A stretch of 63,391 nt of DNA, the filler included. It is 13 parts of 13 records of this genome, joined end to end, with 100 filler letters (N's around TTAATTAATTAA, not from the genome) between each part and the next. Parts side by side here need not be neighbours in the genome. Positions count along the whole stretch, not along the records: positions 51,064 to 54,825 come from SRR20825014_140; positions 54,926 to 57,353 come from SRR20825014_141; positions 57,454 to 60,613 come from SRR20825014_142; positions 60,714 to 63,391 come from SRR20825014_155; 9 more parts are not named here. One strand, written 5' to 3'. The notes below the pieces were generated by a model. The model had not been told where the DNA came from. It did no database searches and saw only the letters and a program-made list of their open reading frames with translations. Positions 51,064 through 62,341 of this stretch are shown one piece after another; position 1 is the stretch's first letter, and every line of letters starts with the position of its first letter. The position numbers and the translations under genes are program-made.

Positions 51064-52912
51064 GATCCCAATCGCCAATTAGCATATCAAAAAGTCTTGA
51101 TTTTATATAGTTTTCTTCATCTAAGAAAACAGTTCCTGTTTTTTGAAGTTTCGTCAGTATATCGTCAGTGGTTTCAACCTCATCGGGGTATTTAAACAAG
51201 CCTTCCCCTTCACTTTTTTCTGAGGGTTCAATAGAAATAAGATAAAGATCATCCCCGAATTTTTCATTATAATTCCCTAAACGTTGCTGTTTGGGAACAT
51301 AATAAAGGTGGGGTGTAGTATAAAAAACATCGATAGCTTTTGCCATCTCTGGTATAGCCATAACGGCATACGGATGCGAGGCTGTATAAAAGTTAAGGTC
51401 CTGCCCTTTTAAGGATGGTGCATCGGTGTTTTCAATTTCTGAGGGTTTGTTTTTATTGTCTTCAAAAACTACTTGTTTGGAAACCTGCAGCGCATTTTTA
51501 CCCATTGCACGCATACGGTATCGTGTGCCCTTTTTATCTGTTAGCAAAAGTGAATTGTAATCTGTTCCATTACTTTCATGAAATACTGTTAAACCTCCAA
51601 ATAAAGTATCTAACGAAGCAACTTGTGCGTTTACAGGTGTTGAATATGCGTTTTTGTATTTAGCCCCCCAAATTGTTTTAAAAAATAGCGCTTCATTTAT
51701 ACTGTCTTGCTTATAAATTGGCACTGTATATTCCTGTGGAAATGTATTAGGATATGTTGAAGTATCTAAGCTTTTTGGAACAGGAATAATTTCTTTTTGA
51801 AACAGTAATTCTGGAGTATGGTTTTCACCTTTTACAAAATAACGAACCCAAGAGGAACCATCATCAAAAACATCTAAAACGGCGAAGCCTTGTTTACCTG
51901 TGCTAAAAAAACCATCTTCTCCCGTTGCCGCATATGATTCTTTAGAACCAGCGCCAGAAACTATCTGCTTAAACCCATCTTTTTCTATATATTGAAGGTT
52001 GTGGTCATGACCAGAAACAAAAACGATTCGTTTGGTATCTCTCGCCAATTGCTGCAATCGAATCATTAAATTATTATAAAGTTCGTTATACCTATCCTGA
52101 ACAGAAACACCGCCTTGTGAACGTATTTGTACTACTAATGAAGATAAAATAGGCAAAGGGATTTTCTTTTGAAAAGGATATAGGTGTTTTTCTAAAGCAA
52201 AGTACCCTCCGTGATTTCCGTTGGTAAACATGGGGTGATGTAAAGCAAAAACAATGGTTTTATTTTGATTTTTATCTAACTCTAAACCTAGTTCGATGAA
52301 GAATTTTTCACGGGTTTTAATCTCACACTTTTGGTTAATAGTTGGGTTTTTATTCCAATCTTCCAAGAACCATTGGGTGTCAATAACTATTAATTGGATG
52401 GCATCAGAAACAGTTATGCTCTCTAAAGGGCACCCATTACTAGGCCTAAAAGCATCTTGATTTGGAAATTTAGACTCTACATAATTTTCTTCCCTTGCAA
52501 CCCCTAAAACGCCACCGTTATACCATTCATGATTTCCAGGAATAAAAATTGTCTGACCCTCATAATCACGTACAGCTTTATGCTGTGCATCTATCATATT
52601 TTCAGATTCTTTCCGGCGGGGATGGCCTTCTGGTTCGAGACCTGAAGGATAAATATTATCTCCTAAAAAAATGGTATAATTCCCTGTAGTTTTTTCATTT
52701 TTAAGGAAATTTTTAAAAGTTATTAGCGCATCGCTCATTCCTCCTATTGGGGATAAGCCTGCATCACCAACCAAATAAAATGTTTTTGCTATCTTTTTAT
52801 CTGAGGGGTAAACTGGCTGTGCGTCTTTATTTTTAAACTGTGGAGCATAAGTGGCACAAGCTGAAATAAAAAAAGTAATAAAGATTAATAAATAGCACTT
52901 TTTAAAAATCAT
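51064..52912 (-). CDS. Metallophosphoesterase lipoprotein (N-terminal half of a phosphoesterase/kinase-like/beta-barrel protein), 3'-truncated
   Basis: SAC lipobox, GDAG, GDNIY, GNHEW, HHP, GHDH; ends at FDMLIGDWD. Confidence 0.9.
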
Positions 52913-52919
52913 ACACTAA

Positions 52920-54825
52920 TTACATTGAAATTGCTACACCGAAGGTAAACCGTAAGCCTTCTTCGCCTGTAAAAAGATTAAAAGTTCCACTTAAAATATC
53001 AGCAGTATTAACCCAAAATCCGCCACCATAGGAGCTATGCCAAACATCTGAAGTGTCATTTGGAATCCATACACGACCTATATCATACCCTCCAAAAACT
53101 CCAATCTGAATTGGAATAAGCGCGGTTCTAAATTTATTAAAACTATACCGTAGGTCTGCGCCACCAACTGCGGCGCTTCTTCCTGTAAACCGTTCATCCC
53201 TGTAAGCACGTAAACCTGTTTCACTACCCAATTTGGCCCCTTGGTAAAACTCAAAACCATTACCTATATTGAATTGACCACGAAGGTCTGTTTTTAATAC
53301 TAATTTTCTATTTTTTGTTAATGCATTATAAAAAATTAGTTCAGGTTTTAGATAACCAAATATGCGTTCACTAGCTTCTATATTTTGGGTTCCTCCCGCA
53401 ACAATTTTGAAGTTCATACCTCGGCTTGGATTAACTTTAGTATCATAACTTTCGTATTGGTAGGTACCTTCTGCAGTTACAAAAAGTTTTGTTTTATCAA
53501 GCTCGATTGGTGCTGGAGTTGCGTTTGAAATAAATCTATCTGGATTGTTTTCAACCTCTACCCCTTCAAAAGTTGCTTTAAGTTGAAACTTACTACCATA
53601 TGAGGCATCTTTTTTAATACCTATGCTTGCTCCATAGCCCCCAATTCTAACACGATTATAATCTTTACCAATTTCAAATTCATAATCTGGATTGATTGTT
53701 TCATTACCGTAACCAAAATAATTTTCAGAAAAGTTTGGGTTCTTGAAGTATCCTCCAACTAAAAAATTCCAACTTCCGAAGATGTTTGCAAATTCTGCTT
53801 CATAATTAATATCGAAGCTATTGGTCGCAAAATAATAGCCTAAAGCGATGCTATGTTGTTGAGAAAATGGATTTTTCTGAAAACCATTTACTGTAAATAC
53901 ATCTGAAATACCAAGTTTCATACCGTCATCAGGGTTGTAACCTAGCGCGGGAAGCAAAAGATTTATAGTTTGAATTTGTTTTTTATAATCATAAGTGTTG
54001 AAGTTATAATTATCTGTAAATCTAAATGCAGCGCCACCTTTACTTTCAACGGTATTTTTTTTACTTTTTTGGTCATAAACTTTCACTTTTCGACCGTTTG
54101 CAATTTTATACGTATCGTTGTTTTGACCTCCTATAATTCGAATAAAAACGGGGTGGTCTCCTTTACCTTTTACTTCAAAAACATCATCATCATCAAGACC
54201 ATACACCCAAATTTCTTTGGTTTCAGCAGCATCAAAAGTGCGATCGACCATTAAATCACCTTTTTTATCATCTTTAATTCTAAAGGTTTTAATATTGGTT
54301 TTTCCTTGTGGCAAGCGTGTTATTTCAAAATAATCATCTTTATCTGTACCCGTAATAACCTGTAATTTTGCAAAGTAGTCATAATAATCTCCTGCAATTT
54401 TTACAATATTATCACGTCTGCCTTTTAGTTTTTGTTTAATTTCTGAAGCTGTTTCATCCTGTGTTTCTTTTGGAAGGTCGTTAAAAGCATTTTCTATTAC
54501 CGCATCAGTTATAGATTTTTGAATGATATCAGCTTCTTCCAACCAAGCGTCTTTTCCGTAGTTTTGAATTAATGCGTGATCTAATTTAATTCCTGCGGCA
54601 TTAAACCATTTGGTATGTTTTAAATCTTCACCATACACTTGAAACTGACGTGAGGTATTGAAAAGTGCTCGTGCAATATTAAACAAGCCACCATCGAAGT
54701 TTGAGTACACTTGGTCGCGATCACGAGGAATTGGTTCAAAAACTTTTGTACCATCTTCTTTATCGTGTTGCGCAAAACGCCATTGGTCATTATGACGATC
54801 CCAATCGCCAATTAGCATATCAAAA
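52920..54825 (-). CDS. C-terminal half of a paralogous protein ending in an Omp85/BamA-ShlB-like barrel, 5'-truncated
   Basis: FDMLIGDWDRH...PIPRDRDQ; GLRAY (VRGY-like) loop-6 motif, YDIGRVW, WHSSYGGG. Confidence 0.85.
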
Positions 54826-54925
54826 NNNNNNNNNNNNNNNNNNNNNNNNNNNNNNNNNNNNNNNNNNNNTTAATTAATTAANNNNNNNNNNNNNNNNNNN
54901 NNNNNNNNNNNNNNNNNNNNNNNNN

Positions 54926-56430
54926 GTTGGCACACCTCGGGTATCCCTTTGGTGAAGGCCGGTCCATATGTTGGTAGTCTCCGATACATTGACCTGCAGT
55001 ACTACATCAGGGCATCCCCCCTCGAAGTTACCCGCTACTCGGACTTGGGACCAGCTGGGTAGGACATAGGTTACCGAGCCATTATCAAACCAGGCCGACA
55101 CGTCCTTCCACGACATCCAAAAGGTACCATCCGCGGCGGCCACGAAGTTCAGGGCCTTTTTCATAGCGGGGGTCCATAGGGCTGAGTCGTCGGACCAGTC
55201 GCCATTCCACTCCTTGTCGTTACCCCAAGGATTTCTAATCTTACACAGGCGATGCCCCTCGATTTCGACGACAGAGATGAGGGAGAAAGCGTGACCTGTG
55301 CACAACCCCACCGCCTCGTATTTGGCTGCCATCGCTTTGGCCTCATTGGAACCTGACCCACCAGTCCCGCTGGCTGCAGTGAGGTCGGTGCCAGGGGTGC
55401 TAAGGGTTAGAAGTTGGTCCTCGTCGTCCCATTGTCTCAGAAGCGACCAAATATCGTCGCCCCTATCTACCCAGCCGGGGAGGCTGTTAAATCGACGGTA
55501 GGGACCGCCAATCATATCTGCCACAGCACAGGCCGGATCGCCGCTCCGGATGGCGGCGTATGACCCATGGAGCTTTGCGTATGCCTTCTCGATGAGGGAC
55601 ACCCACAGCTCGTGGGGTTCCTCTCTGTTCTTTCCAAAAAGGGGGATCTTTGAGGCGGGGTTGACGGGCATGAGGTCATCCACAACGCAGTTCTGCCACC
55701 ATCCATTCTTACAGCATCTAACAGAGTAGCATCCCAGCTCGGGGAACTGCTGGGCACTGAACAGCTCCCGCACAAGGTGGGGGAACTCGCTGATGCATGC
55801 TAAAGCACACATAAAGTAACAATCCCCTAGCGCTCCTTGGTCGATATCGTTAGGCTCGATATCACCGACGAACATGGAGGGGGTTTCGGTGCAGTAGACT
55901 TTGGGACGCATCCAGGTGTGGGTGGGGGCCTTTGGTGTCTCGAAGTCTCGGGCGATAGACTGCTCACGGGGTGCGAAGGTGAGATCGACGAATCCGATAC
56001 CAGCTCCAATACACACCTCGGAGATATACTCAGCAGTGTACTTACCGTCGGCCTTTGGGTTGTTCTTAAGGGCCAACTTAACCTTGAGCGTCTCGGCCTG
56101 CACCTCCTTGTCGTTGAGGACTGCCTGACGCTTTTGCCATTCCGCGTCAGGGGCACCAAAATTGAGTGAGCGTTTAGCGCCCTTGAAGGTTCCCTGTACA
56201 AACTGCTTCTTTTCGCCTGGGTACACCGATATGGCATACTTACCATCATCCCCCTCAACAGTATCCCCAAGGGCCTCGATGGCAGCATCGTTAAATGTGT
56301 AGCACAGATTGAACTGGGTATCCTCGGAGGTGTTCTGCAAGGACAGTAGTCGCCTCTTGTCCTCCAAAACACGGGTAAATAGAAAGAAGTTGGGCTTGAT
56401 CTCCGTCTTCTCGCCCTCGGTATTACTCAT
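54926..56430 (-). CDS. Calpain-like cysteine peptidase with N-terminal kinetoplastid DUF1935-like domain, 3'-truncated
   Basis: QGALGDCYF, LIEKAYAKLHGSY, GHAFS, RNPWG; N-terminal VYPGEKKQFVQG; ATG 56430 after a pyrimidine tract. Confidence 0.9.
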
Positions 56431-56554
56431 GACTACAACTTCTTGGGGTAAAGTGAAAGGGACATAAAAAACAGGCCATGGAACAATCAGAATAATATTA
56501 AATACGTTGTCGTCGACACTTATCGGGATTAGGTAAGGTCTTAGTGGATTACAT

Positions 56555-57353
56555 TTACTCGCGCTCGCGCTTTCCTCCGCGACCTCCGCGTCCTCCGCGA
56601 CCTCCACGGCCACCACGACCTCCGCGACCTCCACGGCCACCGCGGTTCATCTCGGAACGGTCAGCGATCTCCTTGTTGACCTCGGCCAGGAGGGTCTCCT
56701 CGGCCTCGCCCTCTAGCTTGGTGATGGTGGGGATCTTTCCGTTCAGGGTGGGGGCACGGGTGGAGAGGCTCTCAACCATCTTGGCGGCGGTCTCGGCATC
56801 CTGGAAGATGAGGTGGGCCTCCTCGCTGGAGGGGGTGAACACGTAGCGGATACCCTTCTGCTCCTCGGCGGGCCAGAGACCCTTAACGGCGGAGAACTTC
56901 TCGATCTCACCGACGTTGGTGATGCTGAAGGAGGATCCCTTGGGCATCTCGGGGGTAGTGCGCTTGGCCTCCTGCTCCTTGACGGGCTTCTTGTTCTTGG
57001 CCTTAAGAGCCATCTCGGCGGCCTTGGCCTCAGAGTAGACGGTCTTGGGCTGGACGAAAAGCTGGACATCACCGAATTTTGGGGGCTCGGCGGTGAACTT
57101 CTTGGCGGACTCGACGTTGCCGAATACGACGAAGACGGAGGGCTTGGTGCGGCTCTCCATGGAGGCGGCGTCCTTGGCACCGGGGAAGTAACGACGCCAG
57201 ACGGCCTCGACGGGGCCGAACTTACCGAAGAACTCGACGAGCTCCTCAAGGGTGGCGGCGGAGGGGACGGGCTTGCAGTACACGGTCTGGTCGTCCTTCT
57301 GCACGCTCTCGGGGAGGGGCTCGCTGCGGGCGACGGAGAGGTTGGCCTCGTCG
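56555..57353 (-). CDS. La RNA-binding protein (kinetoplastid type), 5'-truncated
   Basis: End of La motif (VARSEPLP), RRM TVYCKP...PSVFVVF, RGG tail, terminal GKRERE like the trypanosome La NLS. Confidence 0.8.
56574..56645 (-). repeat. 9-nt coding tandem repeat encoding (RGG)8
   Basis: CCTCCGCGA-type units with synonymous variation. Confidence 0.9.
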
Positions 57354-57453
57354 NNNNNNNNNNNNNNNNNNNNNNNNNNNNNNNNNNNNNNNNNNNNTTA
57401 ATTAATTAANNNNNNNNNNNNNNNNNNNNNNNNNNNNNNNNNNNNNNNNNNNN

Positions 57454-58673
57454 GGCTCGAGCCCGCGCACATCGCCCGCGGCGATCGCGTGCAGATCCGC
57501 AGACCTCGCCCAAAAGATAGCGCGATCGCCTTCCTTGCCTGTGCGCTCGGCGCGCTCGAGCGCCTCGAGGCAAGAGCTCAAGGCGCGCTCGGCGTAAGCG
57601 GCGGGGATCTCGTCTGGCTCCTTGTTCGCGTACACCTCTCGTGCGTATTGCCTGGCGATGGCGCCGAGCTTGAACATCGGCGCGCCGCGCCCCGCTTCGA
57701 CGGGGCGGATCAGCGAGTGATTTCTTAACGTGAGCAAGACGGGAGGAACGGGCGCGTCGATGTCCTCACAGAGGGCCTGCGCGTCCTTGATGGTGAACGC
57801 GCCGCGAAAGAGCGCGAAGCGGCTCGTGATCAGGCGCGTGTTCTCGTCGAGCAATGCCCAGGTGGTGCTCATCGCGTCGCGCAAGGAGCGCTGGCGATCG
57901 GGGACATCCGCCCAGGCGTTCTGCATATCGAGCGCTTCCTGCTCGAGTGATTCCGTGATGTTGATGACCGATCGCATCAGCAATTGAGAGGCGCAGAGCT
58001 CGATGGGGAGCGGCATCCCGTCGAAGTATTCGATGAGGCGATCGATGGCCGCGAGCTCCTCGTCGTCGGGTTCATAGAACCCGAGCAGCTCCTCGGCGCG
58101 CTGCTGGAAGAGGGCGCGCCCCTGCACCTGGTCGAGCCCTTCGAGAAGTTGGCCTCGCTCCCCCCGGAGTTGAAGCCTGTGGCGCGTGGTCACGAGGATC
58201 TTGAGCTGCGGCGCGGCGTCGATCCATTCGAGGAGCAGATCACCGTGCGAGGTGAGCTGCTCGAAGTTGTCGAGGATCAGGACGCTGGGCTCGCAGAACT
58301 GGAGCGCCTTGAGGATCTGAGCGTTGGCCTCATCGGAGGTGAGCTGGACGAGCTCTCGTAGCCCCAGCGCTTCGCCGAGCGCGCTCCAGAGTTGCTGGCG
58401 CGTCTCGAAGTGCTCGAGCTCGCAAACCATGACGTGACGCTCGGGGTTTTGCGCGAGCCATCGCGCGCACAGCCGTGTCTTGCCTGCACCAGGCGCGCCG
58501 AACAACGTCACGAGCGCGTGCGAGCCATCGAGCAACTGCGTGAGCCGCGCGAGGTCTTCGTCTCGGCCGATGAAGGCGTTGGCCTGTTTGAGCCAGAGCC
58601 CGATCTCGGAGTCGGGCGGGAGGACGTGGTTCTTGGAGGTGATGACTGCAACCTCGGTCTGGGAGTCGTTCAT
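57454..58673 (-). CDS. STAND/NB-ARC-like predicted ATPase, 3'-truncated
   Basis: FIGR, GAPGAGKT, LILDNFE, LVTTR, DGMPLPIEL. Confidence 0.85.
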
Positions 58674-58758
58674 AACGCCTCCCTATCATAGTCCTGCGAC
58701 CGCGAGGATGCTACCTTTGTGTGCCATCCCACCGGGACACGATAAAGGAGGTAAGGCG

Positions 58759-59106
58759 ATGGTGTGGAAAAAGATGATGTCGAGGGCTGGTTTACTCGGT
58801 TTGATCTGCCTCACCGGCTGCGGAGAACGAGTCTACGTCGGCCCCGAGTGCGAGAAAAACAGGGACTGTGAAGATGTCTCGTTCTGCCTCCAGGGCGACT
58901 TGTATCCAGGCGGCATATGCACGATGGGGTGTGAGTCGGTCGCGGATTGCACCGCAGATTCCTGGTGCGTCGGGTTGCAAGGCGGCGTGTGCTTGCTCGA
59001 GTGCGAGCGGGATGATGATTGTCGCGAGGGGTGGGTCTGTTCGGAGCAAGCGATCAAGGGCTCCCAGGGACAGCCTCCCGTGAAGGTGTGCCTTGGCGAC
59101 TCGTGA
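58759..59106 (+). CDS. Small Cys-rich lipoprotein (myxobacterial type)
   Basis: AAGGAGG RBS, LTGC lipobox, three C-x4-DC repeats. Confidence 0.75.
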   Translation: MVWKKMMSRAGLLGLICLTGCGERVYVGPECEKNRDCEDVSFCLQGDLYPGGICTMGCESVADCTADSWCVGLQGGVCLLECERDDDCREGWVCSEQAIKGSQGQPPVKVCLGDS

Positions 59107-59895
59107 TCACGAGGCGGTTATCCATTCGTAGGTTGGCAGGATGAGAAAACGACCGATGCCCAGCAAGATCACCACGAGCAGCAACCGCCTGACCCAGATC
59201 GCCGCGCTCGGCTTGCTCGAGAGATAGCGCGCCGCGATCCATGCTCCCAGCGCCTGGCCGACAGCCATCAAAAGCCCGAAGGGCCAGTGCACCATCCCCT
59301 TGCTTCCAAAGAGGACGAGCGCCACGCCCGAGAAGCAAAAGGCGATCATCATCTTGACGCCGTTTGCCTCGACCAGTGAAAAGCCAGCCCCGAGCACGAG
59401 CCCGACGAGCAGCGTCACGCCCACGCCCGCCTGTAAGAAGCCGCCGTGGAACCCGATCAACACGAACACCAGCAAGAGCCAGACGGGAGGTCTCCCGCGC
59501 TCGCGCTCGGAGACCTCTCTTAGCCACTTCTTTGGCTCGATCAACGTCAACACGAACATCACCACCATCAGGATGCCGATGGTGAGGTTTGTCGCCGCCT
59601 CGCCGATATCTGTCGCCACGAGCGCGCCGATCGAGGCGCCGATGAGCGCGGGCACCAGAAACCACCCCGTGCCTTGCAGATCGAGCGCGCCCTGTTTTTT
59701 GAAGGTCGCCACGCCCACGGCTGACTGGATCAGGATGCCGACGCGGTTCGTGCCGTTGGCGATATGCGCTGGCAACCCGAGGAAGACGAGGATGGGGAGC
59801 GTGACGAGCGAACCCGAACCCGCCAATGTGTTGATAATACCAGCGAGGATCCCGCCTGAAATGGCCACGAACAGCATCGTCGGGGTGAGTTCCAT
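59107..59895 (-). CDS. TauE/SafE (TSUP) sulfite exporter family
   Basis: GIINTLAGSGS, ANGTNR, GFHGGFLQAGVG; start 59895 probable. Confidence 0.88.
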   Translation of the reverse strand: MELTPTMLFVAISGGILAGIINTLAGSGSLVTLPILVFLGLPAHIANGTNRVGILIQSAVGVATFKKQGALDLQGTGWFLVPALIGASIGALVATDIGEAATNLTIGILMVVMFVLTLIEPKKWLREVSERERGRPPVWLLLVFVLIGFHGGFLQAGVGVTLLVGLVLGAGFSLVEANGVKMMIAFCFSGVALVLFGSKGMVHWPFGLLMAVGQALGAWIAARYLSSKPSAAIWVRRLLLVVILLGIGRFLILPTYEWITAS

Positions 59896-60136
59896 GAGAT
59901 CAAACTCGGCGCAGGAGGGATCAATTTTTTGCGCCATCGCGCGAGCGCATTTATAACCGGATCGTGGAGGCCGATGAGGCAAAAACAAACCAGCCTCCAC
60001 ACGGTTACACAAAAAGTGTGACAATTGACACCCTCCAGAGGATGCGCCCAGGGAAGGGCGCCAAAGGCGATAAGACGACGCGAGTTAGCGTCGCCCGCGC
60101 TGGAGGCCAGATGCCAGGGATGGCGAGGAAGATGCG

Positions 60137-60457
60137 ATGCGTACCATTGTCTGTCGATTCCGCGACGAAGCTCACCTGAATCAACATCTGATCCATGGCT
60201 CCAACACGTTCGAGCCGCCCGTGGCGATGAGCTTCTTGGGCGAGTTCCGCGCGCTGGCCAACGAGAAGATCCGCGTCGTGATCGTGGTCGAGGATCTCGA
60301 CCAGCAGTGCTCCGTGAGGCTCGAGGTCGGCCCCGGGCTCGCGCACAACACGCGCCCATGCTGGCGCTACGTCGGGAGGATCGATGGTGAGGACCGCATC
60401 TGGCTCGAGATGATGCTTCGCAAGATCCGAACGCTCTCGCGTATCATGGCGGCATGA
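60137..60457 (+). CDS. Hypothetical protein
   Basis: GAGGA RBS, codon usage matches the contig. Confidence 0.6.
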   Translation: MRTIVCRFRDEAHLNQHLIHGSNTFEPPVAMSFLGEFRALANEKIRVVIVVEDLDQQCSVRLEVGPGLAHNTRPCWRYVGRIDGEDRIWLEMMLRKIRTLSRIMAA

Positions 60458-60485
60458 GCTTTTTTGGCCATGGCTCGAGCGCCCT

Positions 60486-60537
60486 ATTAAAAATATTTAG
60501 TAAAACGCATTGACAGCAACGCAAATATCCTTATTAT
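60486..60537 (+). promoter_or_regulatory. Stable-RNA-type sigma-70 promoter with UP element
   Basis: AT-rich tract, TTGACA (60510)-N16-TATTAT (60532). Confidence 0.8.
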
Positions 60538-60576
60538 CCATCATCCGCGGTGACGAAAACAACAGTCACCGATTGT

Positions 60577-60613
60577 TGCGGGGTGGAGCAGCCAGGTAGC
60601 TCGTCGGGCTCAT
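60577..60613 (+). tRNA. Initiator tRNA-Met(CAT), 5' half, cut by contig end
   Basis: TGCGGGGTGGAGCAGCCAGGTAGCTCGTCGGGCTCAT; GGG anticodon stem of initiator tRNAs. Confidence 0.92.
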
Positions 60614-61227
60614 NNNNNNNNNNNNNNNNNNNNNNNNNNNNNNNNNNNNNNNNNNNNTTAATTAATTAANNNNNNNNNNNNNNNNNNNNNNNNNNNNNNN
60701 NNNNNNNNNNNNNACAACAAACTCATGAATAAAACTAAAAATAGCAAAACAAAAATAAAAGTGGTGTTGTTTTTTTTAAACCATATCTGTACACGTTGAG
60801 ATGTTGTGTTGTGGCACCGCCGGGTGGTTGTATTCCTATGAAAAATGACGTCCAGCTGATAAGTGAAGAAACAGCGCGAAAAGCGATGATGCAGCACGAA
60901 GCGAGAGGAGAAATGGAGAGAGTGGTATATAAATATCTGACAGTAAGAGGCGCATCTGTTTTGTACTACAATACCCATACCCTCCACAAACAATAACTAT
61001 AACATACACACACCTTAATAAACTTGCTTGACCATCATCACGATTCGAGTGAGTGGGTTCAGAACAAATAAGCTGTTGTTATGTTTATTGTAGTCCATGT
61101 GTGTGGTATTGTATGTGTGTTGTGTATATTTGGTAGTAACAACAATGCGAAGAATGCCCTTAGTTCAGTCAATATGATGGTGCTTGCTCTTGGAGGTTTG
61201 ATTGGGTAAATTGTGGTGGTGGCGATG

Positions 61228-61247
61228 GTGTGTGTGTGTGTGTGTGT
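61228..61247. repeat. (GT)10 microsatellite in eukaryotic non-coding DNA
   Basis: Perfect dinucleotide run; shorter GT and GGT runs nearby. Confidence 0.9.
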
Positions 61248-62341
61248 AAATGAAGGTGTGTTTGTGAATGTGGACGATCTGGGGAGGGGATGCAGCAATC
61301 ACACACAGCAAGCACCACAAGATTAGTTGGGGCATGTATGTGTGAGGCTGTGTATGGTGTAATCTCGCTACTTGGTATGTGTATATGCCTACTATGGGAG
61401 GCAACGATGAGTCCATCCTGCACTTGATCATTTGCACACAATTCTTTGTCCACCATTTGTGTGTGTGTGCGGTTGGTCTTACACTCGTCGGAACACCTCC
61501 TTTACTACATGATACCCACTCTCAACTCGTAACACCACACACAAGACAGATAGCCAGAAAGTTGACTGGCTTGTCGAGGCTATGCGGATGTATTGAGTGA
61601 AGTGTGTACTGTGTGAGAGGTGCGTCCTGACACTCGGAAGATCAAATCCCATCAGGCAGAGAAAAACGGGAAATCACCTTTTGTCTAAAACAGCGAAAAT
61701 ATTGAAGTGTCTGGAAGGGGGATAGAAGGAGGGGAAAAGAAACGATGGTGGGTGGTGGTGGTGGTGGAACGTTGGAGGAGAGTGGAAGAGCAGCTGGGAG
61801 CGACAACTTTTATATCAATAATATCGAGCAATTGAGTAGACGATTGGTTCATTGTTTTGAAGTGTGTAGCCTCGTTCGTAATACTTCTTCTATTTATTCC
61901 TCCGAGGAGGGGGAAAGGAGGGAGAGGGAGCCACTTTTTTTTGTTGGCGGGTGTAGTAGTTAAGTATGATGGGGGTGGTGTGTTAACTTCCTGTGGGTTG
62001 TGTTGTGAGATAGTAGTAGTTTTTCAGTGTGGGGGTAGGGGCTGCTCCCTTCATCCACCAGGATATGTGTGGGGGGATGTGTTGTTGTTGGAAGGGGATG
62101 GAGGGGGGAGAGGGACACACGATGGGGTGGGCGTGGTGATGTGAAGTTGAAGTGACGGTTACGTGTGGGTGTGGGTTGTTGTGTGTTGTTGATTGAAGTA
62201 TTTTGGGTTGTAGTCATAGTGTCACTGTATATTAAGGGGGGCGTGGATACGCTGCCTGTGTATGTGGAATTGGGGTTTTTTTTCTGTGAAGGCGATGATG
62301 AGGGACGGGTCATGGTGATGTGGCGATGATTATTGCTGAGA

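Noticed and set aside
51064-54825. Circular plasmid or virus implied by terminal direct repeat
   Set aside because: No rep, capsid or mobility gene; tandem paralogs explain it more simply.
56431-56640. N-terminal extension of the calpain ORF (MAVEVAEVV...)
   Set aside because: Alternate-frame reading of the La RGG repeat plus intergenic DNA; real start is most likely 56430.
60714-62341. Short ORFs in the last contig
   Set aside because: Microsatellite-rich low-complexity eukaryotic UTR/intergenic DNA with no recognisable domain.
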